This document shows, in pieces, positions 51,245 through 60,311 of a stretch of 64,000 nucleotides of DNA. This DNA is from a bacterium. Lineage in GTDB: Bacteria > Patescibacteriota > Minisyncoccia > Phycocordibacterales > UBA2100. The DNA lies in the NCBI GenBank assembly GCA_030674455.1, contig JAUSGQ010000015.1, forward strand, positions 5,574 through 69,573, written 5' to 3'. The notes beneath the pieces were generated by a model. It was not told where the DNA came from and made no database searches. It saw only the letters and a program-made list of their open reading frames with translations. Each line of letters opens with the position of its first letter. The stretch's first letter is position 1. The translations under genes were made by a program, and so were the position numbers.

Positions 51245-52608
51245 ACTTTTTTTGCGGAAACGCCAAGCACCTCTTTCATCGCGGCGGATTTGTTTTGAAT
51301 CTCCTCGTACTCTTTTTTCGGAACGGAGTCGTATACGATGCCTCCGCATGTTTGAGTATACGCATCTTCGCCGGTAATGAAAACCGAGCGCAGGGCGAGC
51401 GCGAATGTGCAGTCGCCGTTGAACCCAAAATGCCCAACTCCTCCGCCATACGGTCCGCGCGCCTCTTTTTCGTTAGCATCTATAATTTTTATGGTCTCTA
51501 TCTTCGGCGTCCCGCACACCGTTCCCATCGGAAATTGGCTCGCAAAACCGGAAAACATGTCTTCCTCGGGGCGAATCGTGCCAACAACCTCGCTCGAAAT
51601 GTGCTGTACATGGCTGAACTTCTTAACGGTCATAAGGTCGCGGATTTTCACCGTGCCGAATTTGGCCACTTTTCCGAGGTCATTTCTGTGCAGGTCCACG
51701 AGCATGTTGTGCTCGGCGCGCTCTTTTTCGTCGTTCACAAGTTCGCGCGCGAGCTTCTGGTCTTCCTTCTCATCGGCGCCTCGACGGATCGTTCCCGCGA
51801 GCGGCCGCGTCGTCATTTCCCCATCGCGCAATGAGAACAATAATTCCGGACTCGCGCCGATAATTCTTTTTCCTTGGAATTTGAGGTAGTACATGAACGG
51901 CGACGGGTTTATTTCTCTCAATCGTTCATAGATTTTCACCGTATCGCCTTTAATCTTGTATTTCGTCTTGAATCCGACTTCGCACTGAAATGTTTTCCCT
52001 TCTCTGATTTTCTCCTTCACATCCTCCACGATTTTCGCGTGTTCAGTTTCCGAAAGTCCTTCGTCGACGCACTGCGCACTGAAAGGCTCCGCGCTGATTT
52101 CGGAAGCAATTATTTCCTTCAGTATCGCGCTTCTATCAGTTTCGTAATAAAAATATGTCAGTTCATCGGTCTGCTTGTCCATTATTAATCCGTCCGTATA
52201 GGCCCCAAAAAGGAACTGGTCGAACGTGTCGTGCACTTTGACGTGGAGAGAGGGTTCCATAAGATTAATCGCCTCATAGCTTAAGTATCCGACGAGCCCT
52301 CCGTCGTAATTTCTCCCGATAGTGCGCGCGGGCATGGTATCGCGCAGGGCGTAGTATGGATTCGCAACGGAATAATCTTTTCCATCAACGGTCAAAGTTT
52401 TTTCCCTGCCGCTAATCAGATGTGCAGGCTCAAAACCCAATATTGAGTAGCGGGCGAATTTTCCTTCGTCTCCCAATGATTCAAAAATAAAACAGGTATC
52501 AAATCGCCGTTCGATTTTCCTGAACAATTCGAAGAAGTCCACTCCGTCCGCAAGTTTGACGTATGTCGGTTTCTGCGAAATCTTGATTTTTGGAATTTCT
52601 TTTGTCAT
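51241..52608 (-). CDS. trpE: Anthranilate synthase component I (chorismate-binding)
   Basis: Chorismate-binding enzyme C-terminal motifs (..GAYTDGLIMD.., ..RGPYGGGVGHFGFNGD..). Assigned as TrpE rather than PabB from the trpG-trpD context. Confidence 0.8.
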   Translation of the reverse strand: MTKEIPKIKISQKPTYVKLADGVDFFELFRKIERRFDTCFIFESLGDEGKFARYSILGFEPAHLISGREKTLTVDGKDYSVANPYYALRDTMPARTIGRNYDGGLVGYLSYEAINLMEPSLHVKVHDTFDQFLFGAYTDGLIMDKQTDELTYFYYETDRSAILKEIIASEISAEPFSAQCVDEGLSETEHAKIVEDVKEKIREGKTFQCEVGFKTKYKIKGDTVKIYERLREINPSPFMYYLKFQGKRIIGASPELLFSLRDGEMTTRPLAGTIRRGADEKEDQKLARELVNDEKERAEHNMLVDLHRNDLGKVAKFGTVKIRDLMTVKKFSHVQHISSEVVGTIRPEEDMFSGFASQFPMGTVCGTPKIETIKIIDANEKEARGPYGGGVGHFGFNGDCTFALALRSVFITGEDAYTQTCGGIVYDSVPKKEYEEIQNKSAAMKEVLGVSAKKV

Positions 52609-52617
52609 GTTAGTTTT

Positions 52618-52694
52618 TCTTAACGAGTTTACGAGTTTAGAAACAGCTTACACCCAGCACCTTTGTTTCAGTAAGAAACGAAGGTGCTGGGTTA
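52618..52694 (-). promoter_or_regulatory. Hairpin ACCCAGCACCTT-TGTTTCAGTAAGAAACG-AAGGTGCTGGGT plus conserved leader ...TTAAGAAAAACTAACATG upstream of trpE (copy 3)
   Basis: See 1114-1191 and 47364-47500. Confidence 0.5.
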
Positions 52695-52727
52695 GGAATA
52701 TGTAATTCGCTTCGCTCATAACACTTC

Positions 52728-52781
52728 CTAAAAATAAAAACCGCCCTCACCGCACAAGTATACCTTGTGCTGTAAGGGCGG
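52728..52781 (-). terminator. Strong rho-independent terminator on the minus strand (CCGCCCTTACAGCACAAGG-TATAC-TTGTGCGGTGAGGGCGG followed by TTTTTATTTTT)
   Basis: Read from the sequence. It ends the candidate ncRNA. Confidence 0.7.
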
Positions 52782-52993
52782 ATTTCCGCGGTACCACCTT
52801 ATTTCGGATAGTTTACAGTTGACAGTGAACAGTCTACAGAAACATCCATCTCATCCCGATGCGGGATTGCTCTGTTACGGGAGAACCCGGACCCGCACAC
52901 GCCTTTCGATAAACTCAGGACAAGCACGAGTCGCTGTTGTCATTTCCGAGCCCAATCTCTTGCTTTTACAAGAGACCCGGACAGCGTTAACTA
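52741..52993 (-). ncRNA. Candidate structured ncRNA (about 250 nt) between a sigma70-like promoter (TCGACA-16 bp-TATAAT at 53027-53000) and a strong intrinsic terminator; class unassigned
   Basis: No credible ORF. Promoter and terminator were read from the sequence. The internal hairpins UCUCUUG-UAAAAG-CAAGAGA and CCCG-CAU-CGGG and the segment GCGUGUGCGGGUCCGGG...AACAGAGCAAUCCCGC loosely resemble SRP/RNase P conserved regions but do not match either fully. Confidence 0.4.
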
Positions 52994-53008
52994 TTGGTAA
53001 TTATACCA

Positions 53009-53893
53009 CTAATCTTCTACCTGTCGAGACGCAGATATTTTCATCACCAGGAAAAACGAAGGCAACCGGCATAATCCGTATCGGCTAAATACATACCTCT
53101 CACTGCGTATTATTCTTTGTAATGAAATACTCTTATTCTGTACGCTGGCAATTTGCATTAAAGCCCGGAAAACAAGTTCTATATCTTCGCACGCGTCTTT
53201 GCCCTTTGTAAGAAAATTGAGATGTTTCCTATCAGCTGCAGGAACTCCAAAAGGATATGCGGGAAATTTCCCTTCCAAAATAATTTCTCCGTTTGGTTTG
53301 GTGATACGAACTGCCTCTTCGAATGTCTTTTCCTGATCTGTATCGAAGTCTAGGAAATACGACAGAAATGCCAGATCAAAATGATTTGTCGGGAAGCCTA
53401 GGTGTTCTATCCTTCCCGTATATCCGTGGAAACCATTCGCGCGAATTATCGCGGTACTTGCCGGACTTATGTCTGTACCATGTAATTGACGGCTGTTAAC
53501 GCCAAACTGGTGGTGTAAAAAACGGAGGAGTTCGTTGCTTCCCGCTCCAATATCGATAATTTGTAAATCATTGAGTTTAGGCGCCGCAATGCCGGTTATT
53601 TTATTAAATTGCTCCGGGAAAAGGAGTGCATTCAAATACATATAGTTTGGTCGGTTGCCCTGGTATTCGATATCGTAGATAGAGGCAATAACCTGTTCCG
53701 AACCGGAACTCATCTTATAGGCATGTTTCGCGAGCCTTTGCACTGCATAAAGCCCCGCCATGCGCTTTAATGCCTCGAATCTAAATGCCCAAAGCGGGCG
53801 GCAAAAAAGTCCTGATAGACCGGACAGGGTTTTGATGTGCACGTATTTCGCGCCAAACGAATTTGCGAAGCGAAGTAGTTTGCCGTCTTGCAT
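53009..53893 (-). CDS. Class I SAM-dependent methyltransferase
   Basis: Motif I IIDIGAGSNELL and post-I acidic D (HGTDIS). No DPPY/NPPY, so probably not a DNA methyltransferase. Confidence 0.6.
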   Translation of the reverse strand: MQDGKLLRFANSFGAKYVHIKTLSGLSGLFCRPLWAFRFEALKRMAGLYAVQRLAKHAYKMSSGSEQVIASIYDIEYQGNRPNYMYLNALLFPEQFNKITGIAAPKLNDLQIIDIGAGSNELLRFLHHQFGVNSRQLHGTDISPASTAIIRANGFHGYTGRIEHLGFPTNHFDLAFLSYFLDFDTDQEKTFEEAVRITKPNGEIILEGKFPAYPFGVPAADRKHLNFLTKGKDACEDIELVFRALMQIASVQNKSISLQRIIRSERYVFSRYGLCRLPSFFLVMKISASRQVED

Positions 53894-53905
53894 ACATTTC
53901 AGCTA

Positions 53906-56725
53906 TCACTGAAACGGCTGCATCATGGGGTCGGCAGGTTTCTCCTCGACATATCGCGCGCGAATATCGGCCTCTATCTCTTCCCTGTCTTTTCCGTATG
54001 TCAGATATGAAAGTTCTTTGAGCGCTGGCACTTTGCTGGAATCCGAAACCTCCGGCTTCACCGTCTGTATAGTGAACGGCCGCGCCGGTACCCCGTTTAC
54101 AAGGAGTGACATCACAGCGTTGTAGTTAGGGAGATTTTCCAAATCGGGCGCGGTGAAACCCGGTTCAAATTGCTTTGCAAGGAATTCGGCATCGGTTGTG
54201 CCTACGCGGAATGCCGCTTTCGTACCGACGTTGCCGATGACGGCATCGCGTATTTTCTCGTCTAACTGCGCGATGAACTGGTGCGCGATGATGAGCGAGA
54301 GTTTGTATTTTCGCGCCTCGGAAAGAATAGTTCCGATAGAGGGTGTCGCAAAGTTCTGGAATTCGTCGATGTAGAGATAGAACACCGGAAGATTGCCGCC
54401 TACCGAATCAATGCGTGAGAATGCGGCCTGGAGGAATTTGGAAACCAGAACAAGCCCCAGGAGCGAAGTGTTCCTGTCGCCTAAACGCCCCTTTGAGAGG
54501 TTCGCGAGGAAGATTTTCTTGTCGTCCATGATTTTTCGGAAGTCGAACGCGGATTTTTCCTGCGCGACGATAGGCCGCATGATGTCGTTGGCGAGAAAGA
54601 CGTCGAATTTGCTGGAAATGTACGGTGTCACGTTCTCGAGCGAAGCATCTCCGCCAGCCGCTTCGGCGATTTTCCGCCAGAATTGGATGATGACCGGATT
54701 TTTGCACTTCGAGATCTTGAGGTCGCGGAATGTGGGGTCGGCAAATACGCGCGGAACTTCGAGGAACGTGGAACCCGATTCCGGGTCTTCGACGACGAGT
54801 TGAACGGCGTTGCGATAGTATTGCTCGAACATCGGGCCGAAGGCTTCAGGAACATCCGCATAGAGCTTACGGAAAATCCCATACACTTCATCCACCACGA
54901 ATGTTTTCATTTCCGGCTTTGAGCGGTCGTATTCCAGCATGTTGAGGCCCATCGGGCGTGCTGTGTAGGCAGGGTCAAAGTAGATGACATCGTTCATTCG
55001 CTCCGGAGGAATTGCCGCGAGAATGTCTTCGATGTCGTTTCCGTGCGGGTCTATGAACGCGACCCCTTCCCCGTTCTTGATGTCCTGAATAATCATGTTC
55101 TTGATAAGCGTCGTTTTTCCTGTACCCGTCTGCCCGATGACGTAGCAATGACGCATGCGGTCGGCTGGTGCGAATCGAACCGGAGTTTCCGTAGCACCGT
55201 ATCGATTGATACCAAGAACAACACCTTCCGAAGCCATTGCGACGGGCGCCGGCATCTGCTTGGCAAACGCCCGCTTGAGTTCGCGCGAGGTCGTAACGCG
55301 TTCGGCGGTAAAGTGGAACATAGTCGTCACCTCCGCAAGACTAAGCGGCATCGTAATTGACCGGTCGAAAGCGCGATATATGTAATCGCGCAAAAAACTC
55401 TGCAGGCTCCAACTGCTTACTTCTTTAAAGCCCATGTGATTCCCCTTTGGGTCGTCGTATTGGTTGAACGGCGCCATCAAATTCTGGAGAATATCCTGCG
55501 CGCGTTTTTTATCAGGCGCCGAAGCCACAAGACGGATAAGCACGGGGGCAATGCGACTCTTAATTTTGCGTCCGATGACTTCCGTTGCGACTTGATCTGT
55601 GGCGCGCCTATATTCCTTGTCTTTTTCTTCTTTGTAAAGTTCCGGCATGAAAATTGCCCTTCCAAGTTCAGAGGCAAAATCTCCAATAACGGTTTCCGGA
55701 ACTTGGAGCGCCCGAGAAATATGCCAACCCTTTTCTATCACGCGGATCATTTTCTTATAGTGTCTGTTGTATCTGTCGCCTTCATTGCCTACGACAAACT
55801 GGATAGCAGCGCCTTCCCCATGCTTAGCGAGCTTTGCAAACGCGGAAAGCAATACGTTCATAGGGTCGTGCTCGAACATCTCGGCAGTCTTCAGAGGAAA
55901 GGCGGGGTGGTCGGCAAGCTTCCCTATCGCGCCGGCGTTTTCCCCTTCATAATTAAAAATATTGTAGTCGCCGCGGCTCTCGGAAATACGCGCGTTCGGA
56001 AATACTGATGAAATTAAGCGCTCGGCGAGGACTTGCTTGGCGCGCGGAACACCGAGATAGAGGGAAGCTTCCTCGGACCCGTTCGGAACCGCGATTTCAA
56101 GAGAGAACCCTTCGTCCCGAGATATGAGCGACGTGAGACCCGCATAGAGTTGTTCGGAGGATGAAAGAATTTGCTCCAATTTCATCTGCCCCATCTGCTT
56201 CTCATCTTTTTCCCCATGCGCCTGCGGTTGTATCTCAAAAAGAACCATGTGAAGCGCGCGCTTCACTTTTTCCGGCGGCGCAAATCCTTTTTCAGGAAGC
56301 CCTTCGGCAATGTAGCGCACCAGCATCCTGTGCAAATCGTCTTCCAAATGCGGATTTTTCATGCGAGCCGCCACCGAAAGTGCGTTGCGTATACCATGTT
56401 CGGCGACAATCTTGAGAAGCCCGTCCATTTGCGCATCGTGCTCTTCCGGTTCAAGGTTCAGCGCGTGCCGGATCGTGTCATGCTCCGGCATGACTGCCTC
56501 CTCGTGGAGAACTGCGTGCGCGGGCGTCGCCGCGTACGCGGCGATTTCGCGTTTTGCAATTCGGTCCTTCTCGATGCGATTTTCTGCGGTTTCTAATTCC
56601 CCCGTCTTTTCTTTTACCTGCTCGCGTAAATAAGCAAGCTCCTCTTGCGGAGATTTGAATTTTTCCGCCGTCTTAGTGATACGCTCTGCAATAAAGCGCG
56701 GTTCGTGTGTAGCCAATGCCACCAT
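53906..56725 (-). CDS. Large P-loop ATPase with a VirD4/TraG/TraD (T4SS coupling protein)-like C-terminal half and a unique roughly 480 aa N-terminal domain; no TM segments
   Basis: Walker A VIGQTGTGKTT, FIDPHGND (as in DPKGE of VirD4), Walker B-like YLYIDEFQNF, followed by a TraM-recognition-like region. Confidence 0.55.
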   Translation of the reverse strand: MVALATHEPRFIAERITKTAEKFKSPQEELAYLREQVKEKTGELETAENRIEKDRIAKREIAAYAATPAHAVLHEEAVMPEHDTIRHALNLEPEEHDAQMDGLLKIVAEHGIRNALSVAARMKNPHLEDDLHRMLVRYIAEGLPEKGFAPPEKVKRALHMVLFEIQPQAHGEKDEKQMGQMKLEQILSSSEQLYAGLTSLISRDEGFSLEIAVPNGSEEASLYLGVPRAKQVLAERLISSVFPNARISESRGDYNIFNYEGENAGAIGKLADHPAFPLKTAEMFEHDPMNVLLSAFAKLAKHGEGAAIQFVVGNEGDRYNRHYKKMIRVIEKGWHISRALQVPETVIGDFASELGRAIFMPELYKEEKDKEYRRATDQVATEVIGRKIKSRIAPVLIRLVASAPDKKRAQDILQNLMAPFNQYDDPKGNHMGFKEVSSWSLQSFLRDYIYRAFDRSITMPLSLAEVTTMFHFTAERVTTSRELKRAFAKQMPAPVAMASEGVVLGINRYGATETPVRFAPADRMRHCYVIGQTGTGKTTLIKNMIIQDIKNGEGVAFIDPHGNDIEDILAAIPPERMNDVIYFDPAYTARPMGLNMLEYDRSKPEMKTFVVDEVYGIFRKLYADVPEAFGPMFEQYYRNAVQLVVEDPESGSTFLEVPRVFADPTFRDLKISKCKNPVIIQFWRKIAEAAGGDASLENVTPYISSKFDVFLANDIMRPIVAQEKSAFDFRKIMDDKKIFLANLSKGRLGDRNTSLLGLVLVSKFLQAAFSRIDSVGGNLPVFYLYIDEFQNFATPSIGTILSEARKYKLSLIIAHQFIAQLDEKIRDAVIGNVGTKAAFRVGTTDAEFLAKQFEPGFTAPDLENLPNYNAVMSLLVNGVPARPFTIQTVKPEVSDSSKVPALKELSYLTYGKDREEIEADIRARYVEEKPADPMMQPFQ

Positions 56726-56745
56726 CGTTGAATTATATCATCACT

Positions 56746-56778
56746 CCGTCCACAGATGCCGATACCTACCTCATCGGC
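56746..56778. repeat. Type-B palindromic element CCGTCCACAGATGCCGATACCTACCTCATCGGC forming the purD C-terminus (..ALAMPMR*) and 3' flank
   Basis: Read from the sequence. Confidence 0.6.
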
Positions 56779-58046
56779 ATAGCAAGCGCCTTCCTGCCGA
56801 TATCGCGGCGGAAATATTTTCCCTCAAAATGAATCAGCTCTACGGCCTCGTACGCTCGCGCAAGTGCCTCCTTGAGCGTGTCGCCCACGGCAGAAACTCC
56901 AAGTACGCGTCCCCCCGCCGTAATCAAGGACTCCCCTTGATTTGAGGTGCCGGAGTGAAATACGACAACACCCGGGACTTTTTCTGCTTCCTCTATTCCC
57001 GTTATTGGGAATCCTTTTTTGTAAGCATCGGGATATCCGCCGGAAGCAAGAACAATATTTACCGCGAATCCCGAATTCCACTCAATTTTTGCACTGCCTA
57101 GTTTGCCATCGGCAGACGCTTCCAAAGCATCTAGCAAGTCTGTCTTTAAGAGACGCGTGTAAACTTGGCACTCCGGGTCGCCAAAGCGCGCGTTAAATTC
57201 AAGGACTTTGTGTCCCTGCGACGACATTTTGAGACCCGGATACAAAATCCCGACAAACGGCGCACCGTGTTCCGCAAGCGCGCGAAGCGTGGGGCGCACT
57301 ACGCGCGTTTCTATATCTTTCAGAGCTTCCGCTCCAACCCACGGGACGGGGACTATTGCGCCCATGCCACCCGTATTTTTTCCAGTATCATTTTCGCCTA
57401 TCTGCTTGTGGTCCTGCGATGGCGGAAATAGTACAAAATCCTTTCCATCCGAAAGCGCGTGAATGGAGATTTCCTGTCCATCGAGATATTCCTCGATGAC
57501 AACCTCGTCGCCCGCATCTTTAAAAACGCGTTCTACCATAATTTCATTGAGAGCGGCTTCAGCTTCCGCAAGAGTCGAACAGACATACACCCCCTTCCCC
57601 AAGGAAAGCCCGCTCGCTTTGATAACGATGGGCGCTCCGCGCTCTCGCACATACGAGAGCGCATCGTCGTGATTCGAGAAAACCTCGAATTCTGCGGTAG
57701 GCACGCCCGCCTCTCTCATCAAGCGCTTCGCAAATGCCTTTGAACCTTCAATGTGCGCTGCAGCTTTCACCGGCCCCCACACTCGCAACCCGCGCTGTTT
57801 GAAAAAATCGACAATGCCTTCGCCCAATGGATTGTCGGGACCCACAACTGTGAAAGCTATATTTTTCTCTTTTGCAAATTTCGCGAGACCTTCAAAATCC
57901 ATCGCATCAATCAGTACGTTTTCACCCACGAGCCGTGTACCGCCATTTCCCGGCGCAATGTAGAGCTTCCCGATGCGTGGAGACTGCTTAAGTTTCCACG
58001 CGAGAGAATGTTCTCTCCCCCCAGAACCAATAACCAAAACATCCAT
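56766..58046 (-). CDS. purD: Phosphoribosylamine--glycine ligase
   Basis: MDVLVIGSGGREHSLAWKL..., ATP-grasp motifs. Confidence 0.9.
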   Translation of the reverse strand: MDVLVIGSGGREHSLAWKLKQSPRIGKLYIAPGNGGTRLVGENVLIDAMDFEGLAKFAKEKNIAFTVVGPDNPLGEGIVDFFKQRGLRVWGPVKAAAHIEGSKAFAKRLMREAGVPTAEFEVFSNHDDALSYVRERGAPIVIKASGLSLGKGVYVCSTLAEAEAALNEIMVERVFKDAGDEVVIEEYLDGQEISIHALSDGKDFVLFPPSQDHKQIGENDTGKNTGGMGAIVPVPWVGAEALKDIETRVVRPTLRALAEHGAPFVGILYPGLKMSSQGHKVLEFNARFGDPECQVYTRLLKTDLLDALEASADGKLGSAKIEWNSGFAVNIVLASGGYPDAYKKGFPITGIEEAEKVPGVVVFHSGTSNQGESLITAGGRVLGVSAVGDTLKEALARAYEAVELIHFEGKYFRRDIGRKALAMPMR

Positions 58047-58124
58047 GATTAGATTATATACGAGAATTCAAAAAAAGGTTCTTGTGTACGTGCCCTCTTA
58101 TCCTTATTAACTTATTATTTGCAT

Positions 58125-58160
58125 GGTACAATCAATCAACAGGTGTTGATGGATTGTACC
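58125..58160. promoter_or_regulatory. Palindrome GGTACAATCAATCAACAGGTGTTGATGGATTGTACC, 12 bp upstream of PaaX-like paralog 2
   Basis: Read from the sequence. A second copy lies 3' of the gene at 58764-58797. Confidence 0.6.
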
Positions 58161-58172
58161 TGACGCACCGTA

Positions 58173-58748
58173 ATGATAACGCCCAATATAAAAACTCTAA
58201 ATAATAAAAGTCGGCGCGAGCGAACTGTGCAAGTCTTAAAGATGATAGCCATCGGCGCACTTATTATTGGTATCGGTGCCGTGCCATCTCCGCGAGCAAT
58301 GAGTAAACTTCTTTCTGAATTGGCACTTGGAGATAACCAAAGAAATAGAAAGTATGCGGGCCGAAAAATCCGTGAACTGAAGAAGCGAGGATATCTTGAG
58401 GAGCATGGAGTTAGATATGCTGTCAGCGACAAAGGCCAGGAAATACTTTCTCGCGAACACATTACGAATCTTGTAATACCAAGGCCACGCAAGTGGAACG
58501 GGAAGTGGCATTTTATCATGTTTGACATTCCGCTAACAGATTCGTATGCACGTCAGGCCCTGAATAAGATTCTACTCGGCATGGGTCTGGTGCAGTATCA
58601 GCAGTCGGTTCTTATATACCCGTATCCAATCAAAGAAACTGTTCTGCATGTCTGCAGGTTTTACAAAGTCGCCCGTTATGTATCGTTCGTTACCGCGGAA
58701 GATATTGATGGCTTTGATAAACTCAAAAGACAGTTCGGCTTAACATGA
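58173..58748 (+). CDS. PaaX-like transcriptional regulator (paralog 2)
   Basis: N-terminal TM (IAIGALIIGIGAV), wHTH (HGVRYAVSDKGQEIL), and RKWNGKWHFIMFDIPLTDSYARQALNKILLGMGLVQYQQSVLIYPY, paralogous to 15210-15791. Confidence 0.55.
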   Translation: MITPNIKTLNNKSRRERTVQVLKMIAIGALIIGIGAVPSPRAMSKLLSELALGDNQRNRKYAGRKIRELKKRGYLEEHGVRYAVSDKGQEILSREHITNLVIPRPRKWNGKWHFIMFDIPLTDSYARQALNKILLGMGLVQYQQSVLIYPYPIKETVLHVCRFYKVARYVSFVTAEDIDGFDKLKRQFGLT

Positions 58749-58763
58749 AATTGCTCTGCGGTA

Positions 58764-58797
58764 GGACAATCAATCGACACCTGTTGATTGATTGTCC
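58764..58797. promoter_or_regulatory. Palindrome GGACAATCAATCGACACCTGTTGATTGATTGTCC, 3' of PaaX-like paralog 2
   Basis: Read from the sequence. Confidence 0.6.
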
Positions 58798-58820
58798 TTT
58801 GTCCTCTTGTCATGTCGTAA

Positions 58821-59354
58821 CTATTTGTGATTCTTCTCGATATACCCTATCGCTTCTTCCGGTGTATCGGCAAAATACACAAGTTCTTTGAGCGAAAAAG
58901 GTAAAAATCCTTCTTCATCCATTTTTGCAAGTTGAATTTTAAGCCCTTCGTAGAAATTGTCAGTGTTCAGTATAACTACGAGCTTTTGGTGCATTTTGTG
59001 TTTTTTTAGTTCAAGAATTTCTGTCACTTCGTCCAAGGTACCAACTCCACCAACCAGCACGATTATTACGTCTGCTCGTTTAAGCAACGTTTCCTTCCGC
59101 TCCTTAATGTCTTTCGTGATTATCATCTCGTCCGCATTTTTGCGCGCGTGGTCTTTCAAGAATTCAACCGATATCCCTACGACTTTACCGTTGGCTCTTT
59201 GAACGCCATTGGCTAGAACCTTGAGTAATCCCCTATCAGAACCACCATATATCAAGGTATGGCCGTTCTCTCCGATCAATTTCGCGAGTCCAGCCGTAGC
59301 TTGTGCGTACTTCTTTTCTACATCGTTTACAGAACCAAAGACACAGATGTTCAT
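58821..59354 (-). CDS. LOG-family protein (TIGR00730; cytokinin riboside 5'-monophosphate phosphoribohydrolase-like)
   Basis: ...IYGGSDRGLL..., ...LVGGVGTLDEV... (PGGxGTxxE-like). Confidence 0.75.
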   Translation of the reverse strand: MNICVFGSVNDVEKKYAQATAGLAKLIGENGHTLIYGGSDRGLLKVLANGVQRANGKVVGISVEFLKDHARKNADEMIITKDIKERKETLLKRADVIIVLVGGVGTLDEVTEILELKKHKMHQKLVVILNTDNFYEGLKIQLAKMDEEGFLPFSLKELVYFADTPEEAIGYIEKNHK

Positions 59355-59368
59355 TCGGTTATTCTAAC

Positions 59369-60139
59369 CTATTCTTTGGTCAAAATCTCCGGGCCGTTTT
59401 TGGTTACGATTATCGTGTGTTCACAGTGCGCCGTGCGCGAGCCGTCTTTTGTGCGATACGAGTGGCCGTCTTTATCGACATAAAGGTCGCCCGAGCCGAG
59501 CGTCATCATTGGCTCGATAGCAATCACTAATCCTTCTTCGAGTTTTACGCCGCTTCCTGGAGCCCCAAAATTCGGTACATGCGGTTCTTCGTGAACCCGA
59601 AGTCCCACGCCATGCCCGGAAAGATTTCGCGGGAATCCAAACTGGTATTTCTTTGCTACACGCTCCACGGCATAACCGATGTCTCCAGTCGTGTTCCCGA
59701 TCATAGCCCTCGCAATGCCGGCTGCGAGCGCTTCCTGCGTGCCCTTGAGCAAGCGTACATCCTCCGGGTCGCGCTTCGTGCCCGCTATTACCGTAACCGC
59801 GGAATCGGTAAAGAATCCTTCGTGCCTGATGCCGAAGTCCAGACAAACGATATCGCCATTGAGTATCGCGGTATGGTTCAGTGCGGCGGGGCTGTGTACG
59901 ATGATGTCGTTAACAGAAACGCACAGGCCAGACGGATAGGGTTCCTCATTTTTGCCTGTCTTGTAACCTAAAAAAGCCAGGTCATCGCCGTCTTTTGCGA
60001 CCATTTCCTGGGCATTGTCCTCAAGCTCTTTCGGCGTAATCCCCGGCTCAACCATTTCACTCAATATTCGAAGGTGCTTCGCCAGGCGACGGCCTCCCTC
60101 GCGCAACGCTGATATTTCTTTTTCAGTTCTGGCAATCAT
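59369..60139 (-). CDS. map: Type I methionine aminopeptidase
   Basis: Pita-bread fold metal ligands (..DIVCLDFG.., ..GHGVGL..HE.., ..EPMM..). Confidence 0.9.
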   Translation of the reverse strand: MIARTEKEISALREGGRRLAKHLRILSEMVEPGITPKELEDNAQEMVAKDGDDLAFLGYKTGKNEEPYPSGLCVSVNDIIVHSPAALNHTAILNGDIVCLDFGIRHEGFFTDSAVTVIAGTKRDPEDVRLLKGTQEALAAGIARAMIGNTTGDIGYAVERVAKKYQFGFPRNLSGHGVGLRVHEEPHVPNFGAPGSGVKLEEGLVIAIEPMMTLGSGDLYVDKDGHSYRTKDGSRTAHCEHTIIVTKNGPEILTKE

Positions 60140-60311
60140 ATTAGAGATTCTTAGTGAGCATAGCGAGCTTAGAAACTCTTATATCCGCCCAAATTTTTGA
60201 CTTCGGAAACTTTGTGGCAAAATGCTCAAAATTCGGCATGTGATTGATGTTTAGCATAACTCCGGCACGGCCAAAAATTTAGGCGGATCGTTAAAAACAT
60301 ATTCGCTTCGC

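Noticed and set aside
52741-52993. Assigning the promoter-to-terminator ncRNA to SRP RNA, RNase P or tmRNA
   Set aside because: There are partial resemblances only (GCGUGUGCGGGUCC to the SRP 3' strand, AACAGAGCAAUCCCGC to the RNase P P9/P10 region). There is no GGAAGCAGC SRP apical motif, no paired P4 strands, and no tag-peptide reading frame with a tRNA-like 3' end. The class is left unassigned.
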